64,000 nucleotides of DNA from Alkalispirochaeta sp. (lineage in GTDB: Bacteria > Spirochaetota > Spirochaetia > DSM-27196 > Alkalispirochaetaceae), in assembly GCA_965601925.1 (NCBI GenBank), contig OZ271854.1, positions 4,832,001 through 4,896,000 on the forward strand. Direction: 5' to 3'. The first letter of the stretch is position 1. The number at the start of each line of letters is the position of its first letter. The position numbers and the translations under genes are program-made. The notes under the pieces are model-generated. The model did no database searches. It was not told the origin of the DNA and saw only the letters and a program-made list of their open reading frames with translations. Shown here piece by piece: positions 30,285 to 40,093 of this stretch.

Positions 30285-31042
30285 GCAACCTCGATCTCGC
30301 CTTCGTGTACGTGCTTCTTCTCATTCCCTTGTGGATATCGGCGACGTTCGCCTTGGGGCGAATACGCGAGACCCTATGGGCCGTTGTGCGGATGACCGTT
30401 CAACTGACGCTGATAGGCCTGTACATCGAGGTGCTGTTTCGCGTCGAGTCGGTGTGGCTAAACCTCTTGTGGGTCGTTGCGATGTTGATAGTCGCCGACC
30501 TCTCCGTCCTGAAAAAAAGCGGTATCCCGGCGCGCCCTTTGCTGGTCACGACGATTTTCGTGACGCTCACTCCCGGGATTCTCGTTCCGGTGGCGGTCCT
30601 CTTGGCGGCGGTACGCCCCGATCCGTGGTACGAGGCGCGTACACTCATACCGCTGGTGGGTATGGTCCTCGGTAACAGCCTGCGGGGCAACATCGTCGCG
30701 CTGAGTCGATTCCGGGAGATTCTCACCACCGAACGCGACCTGTACGCGTCGCGCCTGATGCTGGGAGCCACGCGGCGCGAGGCGTTGCACCCCGTGTATC
30801 GCGCATCCCTCCAGGCGAGCCTCGCACCGCAGCTGGCCTCAATCGCAACGATCGGCCTGGTATCGCTTCCGGGAATGATGACCGGGCAGATACTGGGCGG
30901 TGCTCTCCCGCTGACGGCTATTCGCTATCAAATCGCGATCATGCTGACGATTCTCGCCGCGGTAAGCTTGGCGGCCCTTCTGAACGTAGCGGTCGCATCG
31001 CGTCTCCTCTTGGACGACAGGGACATGCCGTATGAAGCGTAA
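30281..31042 (+). CDS. UPF0014/FetB-like ABC permease
   Basis: RMTVQL, IPLVGMVLGNS, GLVSLPGMMTGQILGG and YQIAIM motifs. GTG start after AAGGAG. Confidence 0.9.
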   Translation: MSNLDLAFVYVLLLIPLWISATFALGRIRETLWAVVRMTVQLTLIGLYIEVLFRVESVWLNLLWVVAMLIVADLSVLKKSGIPARPLLVTTIFVTLTPGILVPVAVLLAAVRPDPWYEARTLIPLVGMVLGNSLRGNIVALSRFREILTTERDLYASRLMLGATRREALHPVYRASLQASLAPQLASIATIGLVSLPGMMTGQILGGALPLTAIRYQIAIMLTILAAVSLAALLNVAVASRLLLDDRDMPYEA

Positions 31043-31189
31043 TCCGGCACCCCGGAGAATGCGGCGGACGAGCGATTCTCAATCGCGGCGATACGCGTAC
31101 GGAGGACGTAATAGCGGGCACGCGGCCTTCCAACTAGTTTCAGTTCATGAAATAATATGCATACACCTATCCTGGAGGCACATTCAGAG

Positions 31190-32560
31190 ATGATTATTCT
31201 CACACTCAATTGCGGAAGTTCATCTGTTAAATATCAGCTGTACGACTGGGACCAACGCTCGGCGCTCGCCAACGGTGTCGTCGAACGGGTCACGCAAGAG
31301 GGCTCCCGCATCGAGCATAAAGTCCCCGGCCGAGACGAGCACGAGGTCGATCACCACTGCCCGGACCACCGCGAGGCGATTCAGCTCATTATGGATACGT
31401 TGGTCGATCCGAAGGTGGGTGCGCTCTCATCGATGTCCGAGGTCAAAGCGGTGGGTCATCGCGTCGTCCACGGTGGTGAAACGTTCAAAAAATCGGTGGT
31501 CGTAGACGATGACGTGATAGAGACCTTTCGCAGCATTCAGAATCTGGCACCCCTCCACAACCCGGCCAATATACAGGGTATCGAGGCGGCGCGCGCAGTT
31601 CTTCCCGATATTCCGCATTGCGCGATCATGGACACCGCGTGGCACCAGACGATGCCCGCTCACGCCTACACGTACGCTCTCCCCTACGCGTGGTATCGCG
31701 AACACGGCGTTCGTCGCTACGGCTTCCACGGTACCTCGTTTCTCTACACCGCCAAGCGTGCGGCGGTCCTTCTCGGCAAGGATCCGTTCGAGACGAATCT
31801 GATCATCGCCCACATCGGAAACGGCGCGAGCGTGTGCGCGGTCAAAAACGGCGTATCGGTCGACACCAGCATGGGACTCACGCCCCTCGAGGGGCTGGTC
31901 ATGGGGACCCGCAGCGGCGATATCGACCCGGCGATTCCCTTTTACATGATGAATCAAACGGGCCTTGCCGCCGACGAGGTAGAGCGCGCGCTCAACAAGA
32001 AAAGCGGCGTTCTGGGCATCACCGAGCAGTACATCGATCGACGCGATATCGAGATCGCCGCCGAGAAGGGCGACGCCCAGGCGCAGCTGGCGATCGACGT
32101 CGAATCCTACCGCATCAGGAAGTACATCGGGGCGTACGCCGCGGCGATCGGCGGTGTCGATGCGGTCGTCTTCACCGCCGGCGTCGGCGAGCGCGGTCCG
32201 ATCACGCGCGAGCGCTCCCTGGAAGGGCTCGAGTTCATGGGCATCGTCGTCGATCGGGAAAAGAACCGACTATCGCGCACCAAGAACGCCGAGACCGATA
32301 TCAGCACCGGCTCCTCGCCGGTACGTATCTTCGTCATTCCCACCGACGAGGAGTTGGTGATGACCGAGGACACCTACGCGTTGGTCAACGGCGCCTACGA
32401 CATCCACACCAACTTCACCTACTCGTTTCAAGAGTCCGAGTACGTGAACTTAGAGCGGAACGGATGCGTCGACCGGGATCTTCTCAAGTTTCAAGGACTT
32501 GATCGAATCATCGTGTCTCCGTCGAATCCGGCTCCCGGCGCCGACGTCGAGTGCGAGTAG
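31190..32560 (+). CDS. ackA: Acetate kinase
   Basis: [38 protein letters not shown] and PTDEEL motifs. Confidence 0.97.
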   Translation: MIILTLNCGSSSVKYQLYDWDQRSALANGVVERVTQEGSRIEHKVPGRDEHEVDHHCPDHREAIQLIMDTLVDPKVGALSSMSEVKAVGHRVVHGGETFKKSVVVDDDVIETFRSIQNLAPLHNPANIQGIEAARAVLPDIPHCAIMDTAWHQTMPAHAYTYALPYAWYREHGVRRYGFHGTSFLYTAKRAAVLLGKDPFETNLIIAHIGNGASVCAVKNGVSVDTSMGLTPLEGLVMGTRSGDIDPAIPFYMMNQTGLAADEVERALNKKSGVLGITEQYIDRRDIEIAAEKGDAQAQLAIDVESYRIRKYIGAYAAAIGGVDAVVFTAGVGERGPITRERSLEGLEFMGIVVDREKNRLSRTKNAETDISTGSSPVRIFVIPTDEELVMTEDTYALVNGAYDIHTNFTYSFQESEYVNLERNGCVDRDLLKFQGLDRIIVSPSNPAPGADVECE

Positions 32561-32587
32561 CTTCATGAAGACGAGTGACGACGCGTT

Positions 32588-33370
32588 ATGATTCTCACCA
32601 TCGACATCGGCAACACCAATATCGCCTTCGGCATTTGGGCCGACGGGCAATGGCTTGACCATTGGCGGCTTAAGACCGACGTCGAGAAGACCTCCGATGA
32701 GTACTTTGTGCTCTTTCGAAGCTTGCTCGCCGTCTCCAGCCACGATTTCAACGGGTGGGATCGGATCGTCGTGAGTTCCGTCGTACCGACCTTGACGCCG
32801 GCGATCGTGAAGGTCGCCGCGCAGTTGTCCGGCAAGGCTCCGCTCATCGTACGCCACGATATCGAAACGGGCCTCAACGCCGAGACGCCGATACCGCCCG
32901 AGTTGGGAAGCGACCTACTCGCCAACGCCGTTGCGGCGTGGCACCGCTATGGACGGTCGTGCATTGTGGTCGATTTCGGCACGGCGTTAACCTTTACCGC
33001 CGTTTCCGGCGACGGAAGGGTGTTGGGGGTCAGTATCGCCCCGGGCCTCAGAAGCGCCGTCGCGGCCTTAAGCACCGATACCGCGCAACTCCTCGGCGTC
33101 GATTTGGTCCCGCCGCCGCACGCCCTCGCCCGCACGACGGTCCACTCAATACAGTCGGGAGTCGTGTTCGGGTATGTCGGTCTGGTAAAGGAAGTGGTGA
33201 CACGGATGGGCGCGGAAATGGATCGGGCGCCGTTGGTCGTTGCGACCGGGGGACTCGCCGAGACGTTCGCCCCCGTCGCGGACAACTTCGATGTCGTGGA
33301 TCAGTGGCTGACCCTGGACGGGTTGCGCCGTCTCGCGGAGCTCAACCCGCTTTCACCGAAGGCGCAATAG
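32588..33370 (+). CDS. coaX: Type III pantothenate kinase
   Basis: IDIGNTN, SSVVP, LGSD, VDFGTA and ATGG motifs. Confidence 0.95.
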   Translation: MILTIDIGNTNIAFGIWADGQWLDHWRLKTDVEKTSDEYFVLFRSLLAVSSHDFNGWDRIVVSSVVPTLTPAIVKVAAQLSGKAPLIVRHDIETGLNAETPIPPELGSDLLANAVAAWHRYGRSCIVVDFGTALTFTAVSGDGRVLGVSIAPGLRSAVAALSTDTAQLLGVDLVPPPHALARTTVHSIQSGVVFGYVGLVKEVVTRMGAEMDRAPLVVATGGLAETFAPVADNFDVVDQWLTLDGLRRLAELNPLSPKAQ

Positions 33371-33421
33371 AAAACATCGCGCGTACGCGGCGGCACGAAC
33401 GCGTGTCCGACGCGAGGCGTC

Positions 33422-33622
33422 TTACCCTTCCGAGGGGGCTTCCTCTCGGCGTTTGCGATTGGCGAGCGTTGCCTTTCCCGCCTTGGAAATCATCACGTTC
33501 TTACCGTCGATCTCGTGCTCGTACAGGAGTTTTACTCCCGTGCGTCCGGTAACCGGGCACTTTCCGCGACCCGAGGCGGGCGTTTCATTCTTAAGGGGTG
33601 TGCCCCTGTGTGCTTTCGACAT
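33422..33622 (-). CDS. Small basic protein, probable spirochaete 50S ribosomal protein bL38 homolog
   Basis: 66 aa, MSKAHRG...GRGKCPVTGRTGVKLLYE..IDGK...ISK. Strong TAAGGAG RBS and its own promoter. Resembles Borrelia BB0162/bL38 as recalled; not verified by search. Confidence 0.65.
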   Translation of the reverse strand: MSKAHRGTPLKNETPASGRGKCPVTGRTGVKLLYEHEIDGKNVMISKAGKATLANRKRREEAPSEG

Positions 33623-33651
33623 GGTATCTCCTTAGTCTGTATGAGAGAGGG

Positions 33652-33681
33652 AGTATAATACGGAGCCGAGGCGAGATACAA
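33652..33681 (-). promoter_or_regulatory. Sigma70-type promoter for the 66-aa gene
   Basis: TTGTAT-18nt-TATACT. Confidence 0.6.
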
Positions 33682-33790
33682 GAACTCCGCCGAGGGACTC
33701 CCCAGAGCCCACCCGGCGGGTTCACTATTCGACGAGTATCGCGACCGGCGCTCTCAGCCGCCGACACGGGACTCGCCGAGGTCACATGCG

Positions 33791-36745
33791 TCAGTCTTCG
33801 AGTATGAACTCCACACGCCGGTTCTGCCACAAGTTTTCGCGATCGGAATGCGGCACGACCGGTCGACTGCCGCCGAACGCTTCGACGCTCAGGCGGTCCC
33901 TGTCGACCCCCAGGATAATGAGCGCCTGCATGACCTCAGTCGCGCGGGCTCGCGAAAGCGGTACGAGCACCTGCTCCTGCTCGAGTCGCCGTTCGGGATC
34001 CCGGAGGAACACATGCGCCGCATGCCCTTCGATAACGATCTCGCGCTCGGGATATCGGTTGAGGATCTGCGCCAGACGTCGCAACGTATCCAAGTTGGTA
34101 TCGAGCTGCGTACGATCACTCAGGAACAGATCGGGCGTATTGGGAGCAAAGAGAATATTGGATATACGGATTCGCAGCCGGTCGCCGTCGCGGATGACGA
34201 GAATGTCGGTTGCGATGTTCGCCTGTCCGCGAATCTCGTTGCCCTCACTATCGAAAGCGACGATCTCCACGGAGTAATCCATCGCCGACTGCACCAACTC
34301 GCCGTCGTCGCCGCGTCCGTCCCATTCAACGGTTCGCGGGGGGGTGCCGGTCCCGGACGCGCTCCGGAAGGGTCTGCCCATCGGATCGCGTATCATTCCC
34401 TCCCAGCGGGCGATCTCCATGCCGCTCGGAAAGGCGACTCCGATCGTCACGATATCGTCGACGCCGTCGCCGTCGGGACTGAATGGTTGCGGTATGATGA
34501 AGAACTGCACATCAGCGCCCTGTGCCACCGGCGCCATCTCGCCGATGGTTACCAGCAGGTCCTCGCTGGTGGTGTTGCCGGCTCTATCGGTCGCGCTTAG
34601 AACGTACCGGTAGTCGCCGTCGGGCAGTAGCTGCCCGTCCTGGCCGCGGCCGTCCCAGCGGAACGACTCGACCGACTCTCCCCAATCGACGCGCGCTAAG
34701 ACCTCGCCGGCGGCGTTCAGGAGTACACCGGTCCAATTGTCTTCCGGCTCGACATCTTGGTCGACCAACACCGTATCGTCCTCGCCGTCTCCGTCGGGAG
34801 AGAAACTTCTGGGGTCGACGGCAAGTCGATTGATGCGCGGACGGGTCCGATCGACGATGACCGGCCCCACATCACTCACTTCGCCGATGTGCCCGTTTTG
34901 GTATATGACGCGCAGCGTGGCGCTATAGGTTCCGTCGGGGACGATCGTGCCGCCGTTGCTCAACCCATTCCACTCGAAGCGGTCGAACGGCTCCCGCTGG
35001 TAGGAGCTGCGTACCATGCGTCCCGCTCCGTCGCGCACTTCGAAGAGGAACTCCTCGATTAGCTCGCTCGCGCCGTATGTCGTGCGAAAGGTGACGCTCT
35101 GAACAGCTCCCTCGGTGAGGGGCGAGAGATACTCGCCGTCGAGCACCAAGTCGACCGCCGGAGTGCGTCCGTCCTTGATGACGCGTAAGGGGCGAGAGTC
35201 ACCGCGGTTACCCGCCAAATCCTCGGCGCCGAGTGCCAACTCGTACAAGCCGTCGGGGGCCTGGCCGTCGCCGTCGATCGCTCGTCCGTCCCATACGAGG
35301 TTGACGCTGCGTTGCGTACCGTCCGCCGTCGCCCGCGATTCGATATCGAAACGTGCAAAAAAGTCTTCGAGCGCGCCGGATGCAATGACACGACCGTTCT
35401 GGCCCAACGAGAAGGTCCACGACACGTCGCTGTCGTACAGTAGCGTCCCGATGAGACGCTGTTTCTCGCCGACGCCGAAGACGAGCGGACGCCCGCTCTC
35501 GGTGCCCTGCGGGGCGGTGTCGCCCAGGAGAATCGCCTCCGGAGCACGCGTGTCGATCAGAATCGGCAGCGGCTCCGAGATGACGTTATTCCCGTTGTCG
35601 AGATTAACCTCGAGCCGGGCGGCGACCGATCCGTCGGGCAGGATGGAGCCGTCTTCTCGTCGGCCGTCGAAGACCCACGTATCCGGGAAGGCGCCGACGC
35701 CCGCCTCGCTTCGTACGACCCGTTCTCCGTTCAAGATCTCCAAACGCCAGTCGCGGATGGAGTCGGCGGAGGTCGAGGCGAGCTCCAATGTAATGGTATC
35801 GCGACGTCCGTCTCCGTTGGGCGAGAACGATGCGTTGCCGTCGGCGGCCCGCACGGCCAGATCGGCCTCCTGCAGGCTCAAGGTGATAACGGTCGGGTGT
35901 TCGGCGACCGTGACGTTTCCGGCACGGTCGGCACCGGTCAATACGAGGCGGTACCGGGCCTCGGGGGCGACATCACCGGGCTCCTCGGCCGTTCCGACCC
36001 GCCCGTCCCACCGAAACGGCGACGGCGGCGCGGAATCACGATCGACACGGGTACTGTCGTTGAGGACCTCGGCCGAGTACACCGTCTCGCCGGCCTCGTC
36101 GACGATCTCCACGACCCAGGAAAACTCGCGGCTTCCGTCGAGAGGTACTTCGACCTCGTCGCGCACGCCGTCTCCGTTGGGAGAGAAGACGGTAAACGGA
36201 AGCGGTCGAAACTCATCGATCGTCGGCGCGGTGTTATCGACGGTCACGGTGAAGGGCGCACTTCTGGCGAAGCGTCCCGCGTCGTCGATGATCGTGAGTT
36301 GGTATGTATACTCACCATCTTCCACCGGATCGCCCGCGGACACGCCGTCGGGAAGAAGATCGTCGGGAAGCAGCCACGTACCGTCCCACACCAGCGTATC
36401 GGGTATCTCGACTTGCGGCCGGTCGCCGCCGAAGAGATTTCCGAAGAAACCGATACGCTCGTCTTCGCGCGCCGATACGGAAAACACGAGCGTCCCGTCG
36501 GCATCGTATACGGTCAGCGCATATTCGACGATGGCTCTATTCTCGGCCGACGCCACGGTCTCGGAAAAGGGAAGCTGCAAGACATCCTGCGCACCGTCTT
36601 GATTCGCGGGCGAGATGAACTGCCGTGGCTGTGCGGGAAGATCGAGAGTCGGCGCGTCCGCCTCGGCCGAGCCCCCCGCCGCGACAAACGTCAACGGCGC
36701 CGCTATCAGCGCGGCACATATGATTGTTCTATTTAGTAGTTTCAT
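33791..36745 (-). CDS. Large secreted protein with FlgD-Ig/CHU_C-like repeats and a C-terminal OmpA domain
   Basis: Signal peptide then AGGSAE. Repeated FSP(N/D)GDG..D and WDG...G...PDG.Y motifs. OmpA C-terminus: IEGHA, LSRARA, NRRVEFIL. Confidence 0.9.
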   Translation of the reverse strand: MKLLNRTIICAALIAAPLTFVAAGGSAEADAPTLDLPAQPRQFISPANQDGAQDVLQLPFSETVASAENRAIVEYALTVYDADGTLVFSVSAREDERIGFFGNLFGGDRPQVEIPDTLVWDGTWLLPDDLLPDGVSAGDPVEDGEYTYQLTIIDDAGRFARSAPFTVTVDNTAPTIDEFRPLPFTVFSPNGDGVRDEVEVPLDGSREFSWVVEIVDEAGETVYSAEVLNDSTRVDRDSAPPSPFRWDGRVGTAEEPGDVAPEARYRLVLTGADRAGNVTVAEHPTVITLSLQEADLAVRAADGNASFSPNGDGRRDTITLELASTSADSIRDWRLEILNGERVVRSEAGVGAFPDTWVFDGRREDGSILPDGSVAARLEVNLDNGNNVISEPLPILIDTRAPEAILLGDTAPQGTESGRPLVFGVGEKQRLIGTLLYDSDVSWTFSLGQNGRVIASGALEDFFARFDIESRATADGTQRSVNLVWDGRAIDGDGQAPDGLYELALGAEDLAGNRGDSRPLRVIKDGRTPAVDLVLDGEYLSPLTEGAVQSVTFRTTYGASELIEEFLFEVRDGAGRMVRSSYQREPFDRFEWNGLSNGGTIVPDGTYSATLRVIYQNGHIGEVSDVGPVIVDRTRPRINRLAVDPRSFSPDGDGEDDTVLVDQDVEPEDNWTGVLLNAAGEVLARVDWGESVESFRWDGRGQDGQLLPDGDYRYVLSATDRAGNTTSEDLLVTIGEMAPVAQGADVQFFIIPQPFSPDGDGVDDIVTIGVAFPSGMEIARWEGMIRDPMGRPFRSASGTGTPPRTVEWDGRGDDGELVQSAMDYSVEIVAFDSEGNEIRGQANIATDILVIRDGDRLRIRISNILFAPNTPDLFLSDRTQLDTNLDTLRRLAQILNRYPEREIVIEGHAAHVFLRDPERRLEQEQVLVPLSRARATEVMQALIILGVDRDRLSVEAFGGSRPVVPHSDRENLWQNRRVEFILED

Positions 36746-36978
36746 AGTCTCCTCACCTGGAATCTTCGAGCTGTCATCCGGTCAAACAAGGGTACCACAA
36801 CGACGTTACAATATCGAGCGTCTATAAACCCGGCGGATGATCTTCGCCGATAACTCGATACGGTAAGACCATGCAGTACCGGAGCCGCAAATCGGACAAA
36901 ATAGGGCGAAATCGCCGTGGAAAGTGCATATTTATTTGATTTGTATGTATACACCCCGCCGCGCATTGTGGTAAAAGA

Positions 36979-36994
36979 ATGCAATTATTTGCAT
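36979..36994. promoter_or_regulatory. Candidate operator upstream of the NCS2 permease
   Basis: ATGCAA-TTAT-TTGCAT inverted repeat in an AT-rich region, 16 nt before the ATG. Confidence 0.4.
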
Positions 36995-37010
36995 ATCCAG
37001 GGGGCTTCGT

Positions 37011-38303
37011 ATGGAACGATACTTTCAGTTGAAGGCGCACGGCACCGATGTGCGCACCGAAGTGATTGCGGGAATCACGACCTTTCTCACCATGGCCTAT
37101 ATTTTGATCGTACAGCCCCTTACCCTGCAGAACGCGGGTATGGATTTCGGCGGTGTATTTACCGCTACGGCCATCGCGTCGATGATCGCGACCCTGGTGA
37201 TGGCCTTCGTCGCCCGCCTGCCGTTCGCACTGGCACCGGGGATGGGGCTCAATGCGTTTTTCGCCTTTTCGGTCGTCATCGGAATGGGCAAGAGTTGGCA
37301 GTTCGCCCTCACCGCGGTCTTTATCGAAGGAATCATCTTCATTCTCCTCACGGTATTCAACGTACGCGAGGCGATCATCAACAGCATTCCGAAGAACATC
37401 AAAAAGGCGATCTCGATCGGTATCGGGCTGTTCATCGCCTTTATCGGTCTGCAAAACGCCGGCGTAATCGTCGATAACCCGGCGGTCCTGGTCGGCCTGG
37501 GAGATTTCTCCAACCCGTCGGTATTGGTGGCGGTCGTCGGCCTCATCGGTACCGGTATTCTCGTGGCCCTCAAAGTCAGAGGTGCATTGTTGCTCGGCAT
37601 TCTCGGTGCCACGGTGATCGGGATTCCCTTCGGCGTCACCGTCATCGGCGAGGGATTTCGGCTGATAAGCCCGCCGCCGTCGATAGCGCCCGTCTTTCTT
37701 CAGTTCGAGTGGGCAGAGGTCTTTACCGTCGACATGGTCATCGTCGTGTTCACCTTTCTCTTCGTCGATATGTTCGACACCGTCGGCACCCTGGTAGGAG
37801 TCGCAACGAAGGCGAAACTCATCGATGAGGAGGGCCGTATTCCTCGCGTTAAGCAGGCGCTTCTGGCGGACGCGGTCGGCACCACGGTGGGAGCCATGCT
37901 CGGTACCAGCACCGTAACGACCTATATCGAGAGCGCCTCGGGTGTTGAGGAGGGCGGACGCACCGGACTCACGGCGCTGGTGACGGCTGCGTTGTTCTTC
38001 GTGGCGCTCTTTTTCAGCGGAATCTTTCTCCTGATACCGGCGGCGGCGACCGCACCGGCGCTCATCTTGGTCGGCGTGTTCATGATCAGCCCCGTCAAGG
38101 ATCTCGATTTCGACGATTACACGGAACTCATTCCCGCATTTCTGACGATGTTGATTATGCCCCTTACCTACAGTATCGCGGAGGGAATCGTGTTCGGCGT
38201 CTTGAGTTACATCGCCCTCAAGCTCTTCACCGGCAAAAGTCGGGAAATACCGATTCTCACCTACGGGGTGGGCGTCTTCTTTCTGATCACGTTCTTCGTG
38301 TAA
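37011..38303 (+). CDS. NCS2/AzgA-family purine permease
   Basis: TEVIAGITTFLTMAYI, APGMGLNAFF, DMFDTVGT and YIESASGVEEGGRTGLT motifs. Confidence 0.95.
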   Translation: MERYFQLKAHGTDVRTEVIAGITTFLTMAYILIVQPLTLQNAGMDFGGVFTATAIASMIATLVMAFVARLPFALAPGMGLNAFFAFSVVIGMGKSWQFALTAVFIEGIIFILLTVFNVREAIINSIPKNIKKAISIGIGLFIAFIGLQNAGVIVDNPAVLVGLGDFSNPSVLVAVVGLIGTGILVALKVRGALLLGILGATVIGIPFGVTVIGEGFRLISPPPSIAPVFLQFEWAEVFTVDMVIVVFTFLFVDMFDTVGTLVGVATKAKLIDEEGRIPRVKQALLADAVGTTVGAMLGTSTVTTYIESASGVEEGGRTGLTALVTAALFFVALFFSGIFLLIPAAATAPALILVGVFMISPVKDLDFDDYTELIPAFLTMLIMPLTYSIAEGIVFGVLSYIALKLFTGKSREIPILTYGVGVFFLITFFV

Positions 38304-38371
38304 GCGATGGACGTCGCGACGGAGTCGACGATAGTGAGCGGAGCGGCGGACACGACCGCTCCGTCGCTCCA

Positions 38372-40000
38372 TTACCCTTCGTAGATCTCCTGGATCTCGC
38401 GGTCCAACTCGCCGAGCTGCGTTCTGTTTTGCGCGCTGACCTCCTCGACGGAGCGGACGGCCGCCACGAGACGATCGACCGCGCCCGAGTTTTCGCTCGA
38501 CAGCGAGGAGAGCCGCCGAGTGACTTCGGATAGCGTCGCGGTCGCCGTGCGTCCATCCTCGGAGAGCGTTCGCCCCTCGCGCGAGGCGGTCGCAATCTGG
38601 GTCGTCGTCTCGCGCAGGAGTGTAACGGCGCCGAGAATCTCCTGCGAGCCCTTTGTCAACTCGCCGAATCCGGCAATAATCTCGCGAAAGGCGCCGTTCG
38701 TCGTGCCGATTTCGTCGTACATCCGCGAAAAGAGATTGGCCGCCCGAACGTTGATCTCCTTGGCGCCGTCGATATCCGCGGCGCCTTTTTTGATCGTCTC
38801 GGCGATCTGTTTCGCGTAATCGGCAGAGGTGACCGCAAGCTTTCTGATTTCGTCGGCGACGACGGCGAATCCCGTCCCGTATCGCCCGGCGTGGGCCGCC
38901 TCGATTGCGGCGTTCATTGCCAAGAGATTGGATTGCGCGGAGATCTTGCCGATCATGTGTACCGACTCGAGCATCGTATTGGACGATTGAACCACCGTGT
39001 TCAACGCCTCTTCGGAACGGCGCATCTGGGCGGCACCGTCTCCGGCGATCCCTACGAGCCGCTCAACCTGTGCGCTGCGCTCCTCGGAAAGTTTGCTCAT
39101 GCTGTGGATCGATCCGTTTATCTGTTCGACCGCGGCGGTGGCTTGCTCGACCGAGGCGCTCTGACTCGTCATCCGCTCCTCCAAGGAGGCCGAGGCGTGC
39201 TTCAGGGCGTCGCTCTGCTGCGATATCCGCGCTGTGGTCTCTTCGAGCGTCGATAACACGCGGCTATGCTCGTCGGTCTGAGATTGAAGCGCTTTCACGG
39301 AACGGGACGCCTCCTCCCCGGCCTCGGCGAGAGACTCCCCTATCTCCATACCGCGGCGGAACCCGTGGAAGAGCTCGTTCAGCGACACGTACTGACGCTC
39401 GAGTCGGCTGTGCGTCGTCTCCAGATCGTCGACGATCCCGGCCGATAGGCTATACAGCGCGAAAGCTATGGCGCCCGCGATCGCGGTGAGGAGCATCGCG
39501 AGGATCGTCGGGCCGATTATCTCGCCGAACGCGAACACCTCGGGCCGCACGACCGGAGCGAGGAGAAAAACCGCAACGACGGATAAGCCGGTAAGAGCGA
39601 CGGTAACGGTCAACGTGCGTCGATCCGTGTGTACCATCGCGGCATCGAAGACGAGGATCGCCATGAGCACCGTATGGGACTGCAGTTCATACAATGAAGT
39701 TCCGACGAGAAATCGATACATCGTGAGAATGACGAGCAGAGAATAGACGTGGAGCATCGCCCCGGCACCGAGCCGTCCGCGGTAGACCAGGGTATCGGAA
39801 CCGAAAAATACCGCGATCAGTACCACCAATGTCGCCACACGAAACGGAGCGAGTCCCTGGGCCACATAGGCCGCCGCGAGGAGGGATACCGTAACGACGA
39901 GAAAGAGATTGACGGAAAATAGGAGCCGCGCTTTGCGTTGAGTGACGCGACCGGTCTCCCGGTACCGCTCCGCGAGGCGAGAATACAACGTTTGTTTCAT
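38372..40000 (-). CDS. Methyl-accepting chemotaxis protein with a multi-TM N-terminus
   Basis: QSNLLAMNAAIEAAHAG..G.GFAVVADEIRKLA signalling hairpin, ~6 TM helices. Confidence 0.95.
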   Translation of the reverse strand: MKQTLYSRLAERYRETGRVTQRKARLLFSVNLFLVVTVSLLAAAYVAQGLAPFRVATLVVLIAVFFGSDTLVYRGRLGAGAMLHVYSLLVILTMYRFLVGTSLYELQSHTVLMAILVFDAAMVHTDRRTLTVTVALTGLSVVAVFLLAPVVRPEVFAFGEIIGPTILAMLLTAIAGAIAFALYSLSAGIVDDLETTHSRLERQYVSLNELFHGFRRGMEIGESLAEAGEEASRSVKALQSQTDEHSRVLSTLEETTARISQQSDALKHASASLEERMTSQSASVEQATAAVEQINGSIHSMSKLSEERSAQVERLVGIAGDGAAQMRRSEEALNTVVQSSNTMLESVHMIGKISAQSNLLAMNAAIEAAHAGRYGTGFAVVADEIRKLAVTSADYAKQIAETIKKGAADIDGAKEINVRAANLFSRMYDEIGTTNGAFREIIAGFGELTKGSQEILGAVTLLRETTTQIATASREGRTLSEDGRTATATLSEVTRRLSSLSSENSGAVDRLVAAVRSVEEVSAQNRTQLGELDREIQEIYEG

Positions 40001-40093
40001 ACACAGAGTGACTAAACGGCACGGATGCTTTTGTCAAGAGTGGGTACGTCGATCGGCGTTGCATCGCGAGAGTGAATTGATTAGCCTCTGGCA

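Noticed and set aside
32400..32560. AckA C-terminal extension as a novelty
   Set aside because: From memory, similar extensions occur in other spirochaete acetate kinases, so it was not treated as unusual.
36822..38372. 516-aa minus-strand ORF, and other long antisense ORFs such as 35115-36602, 13906-15216, 16256-17614 and 48401-49699
   Set aside because: They lie opposite well-supported genes and are expected from GC-rich codon bias. They contain no recognisable motifs.
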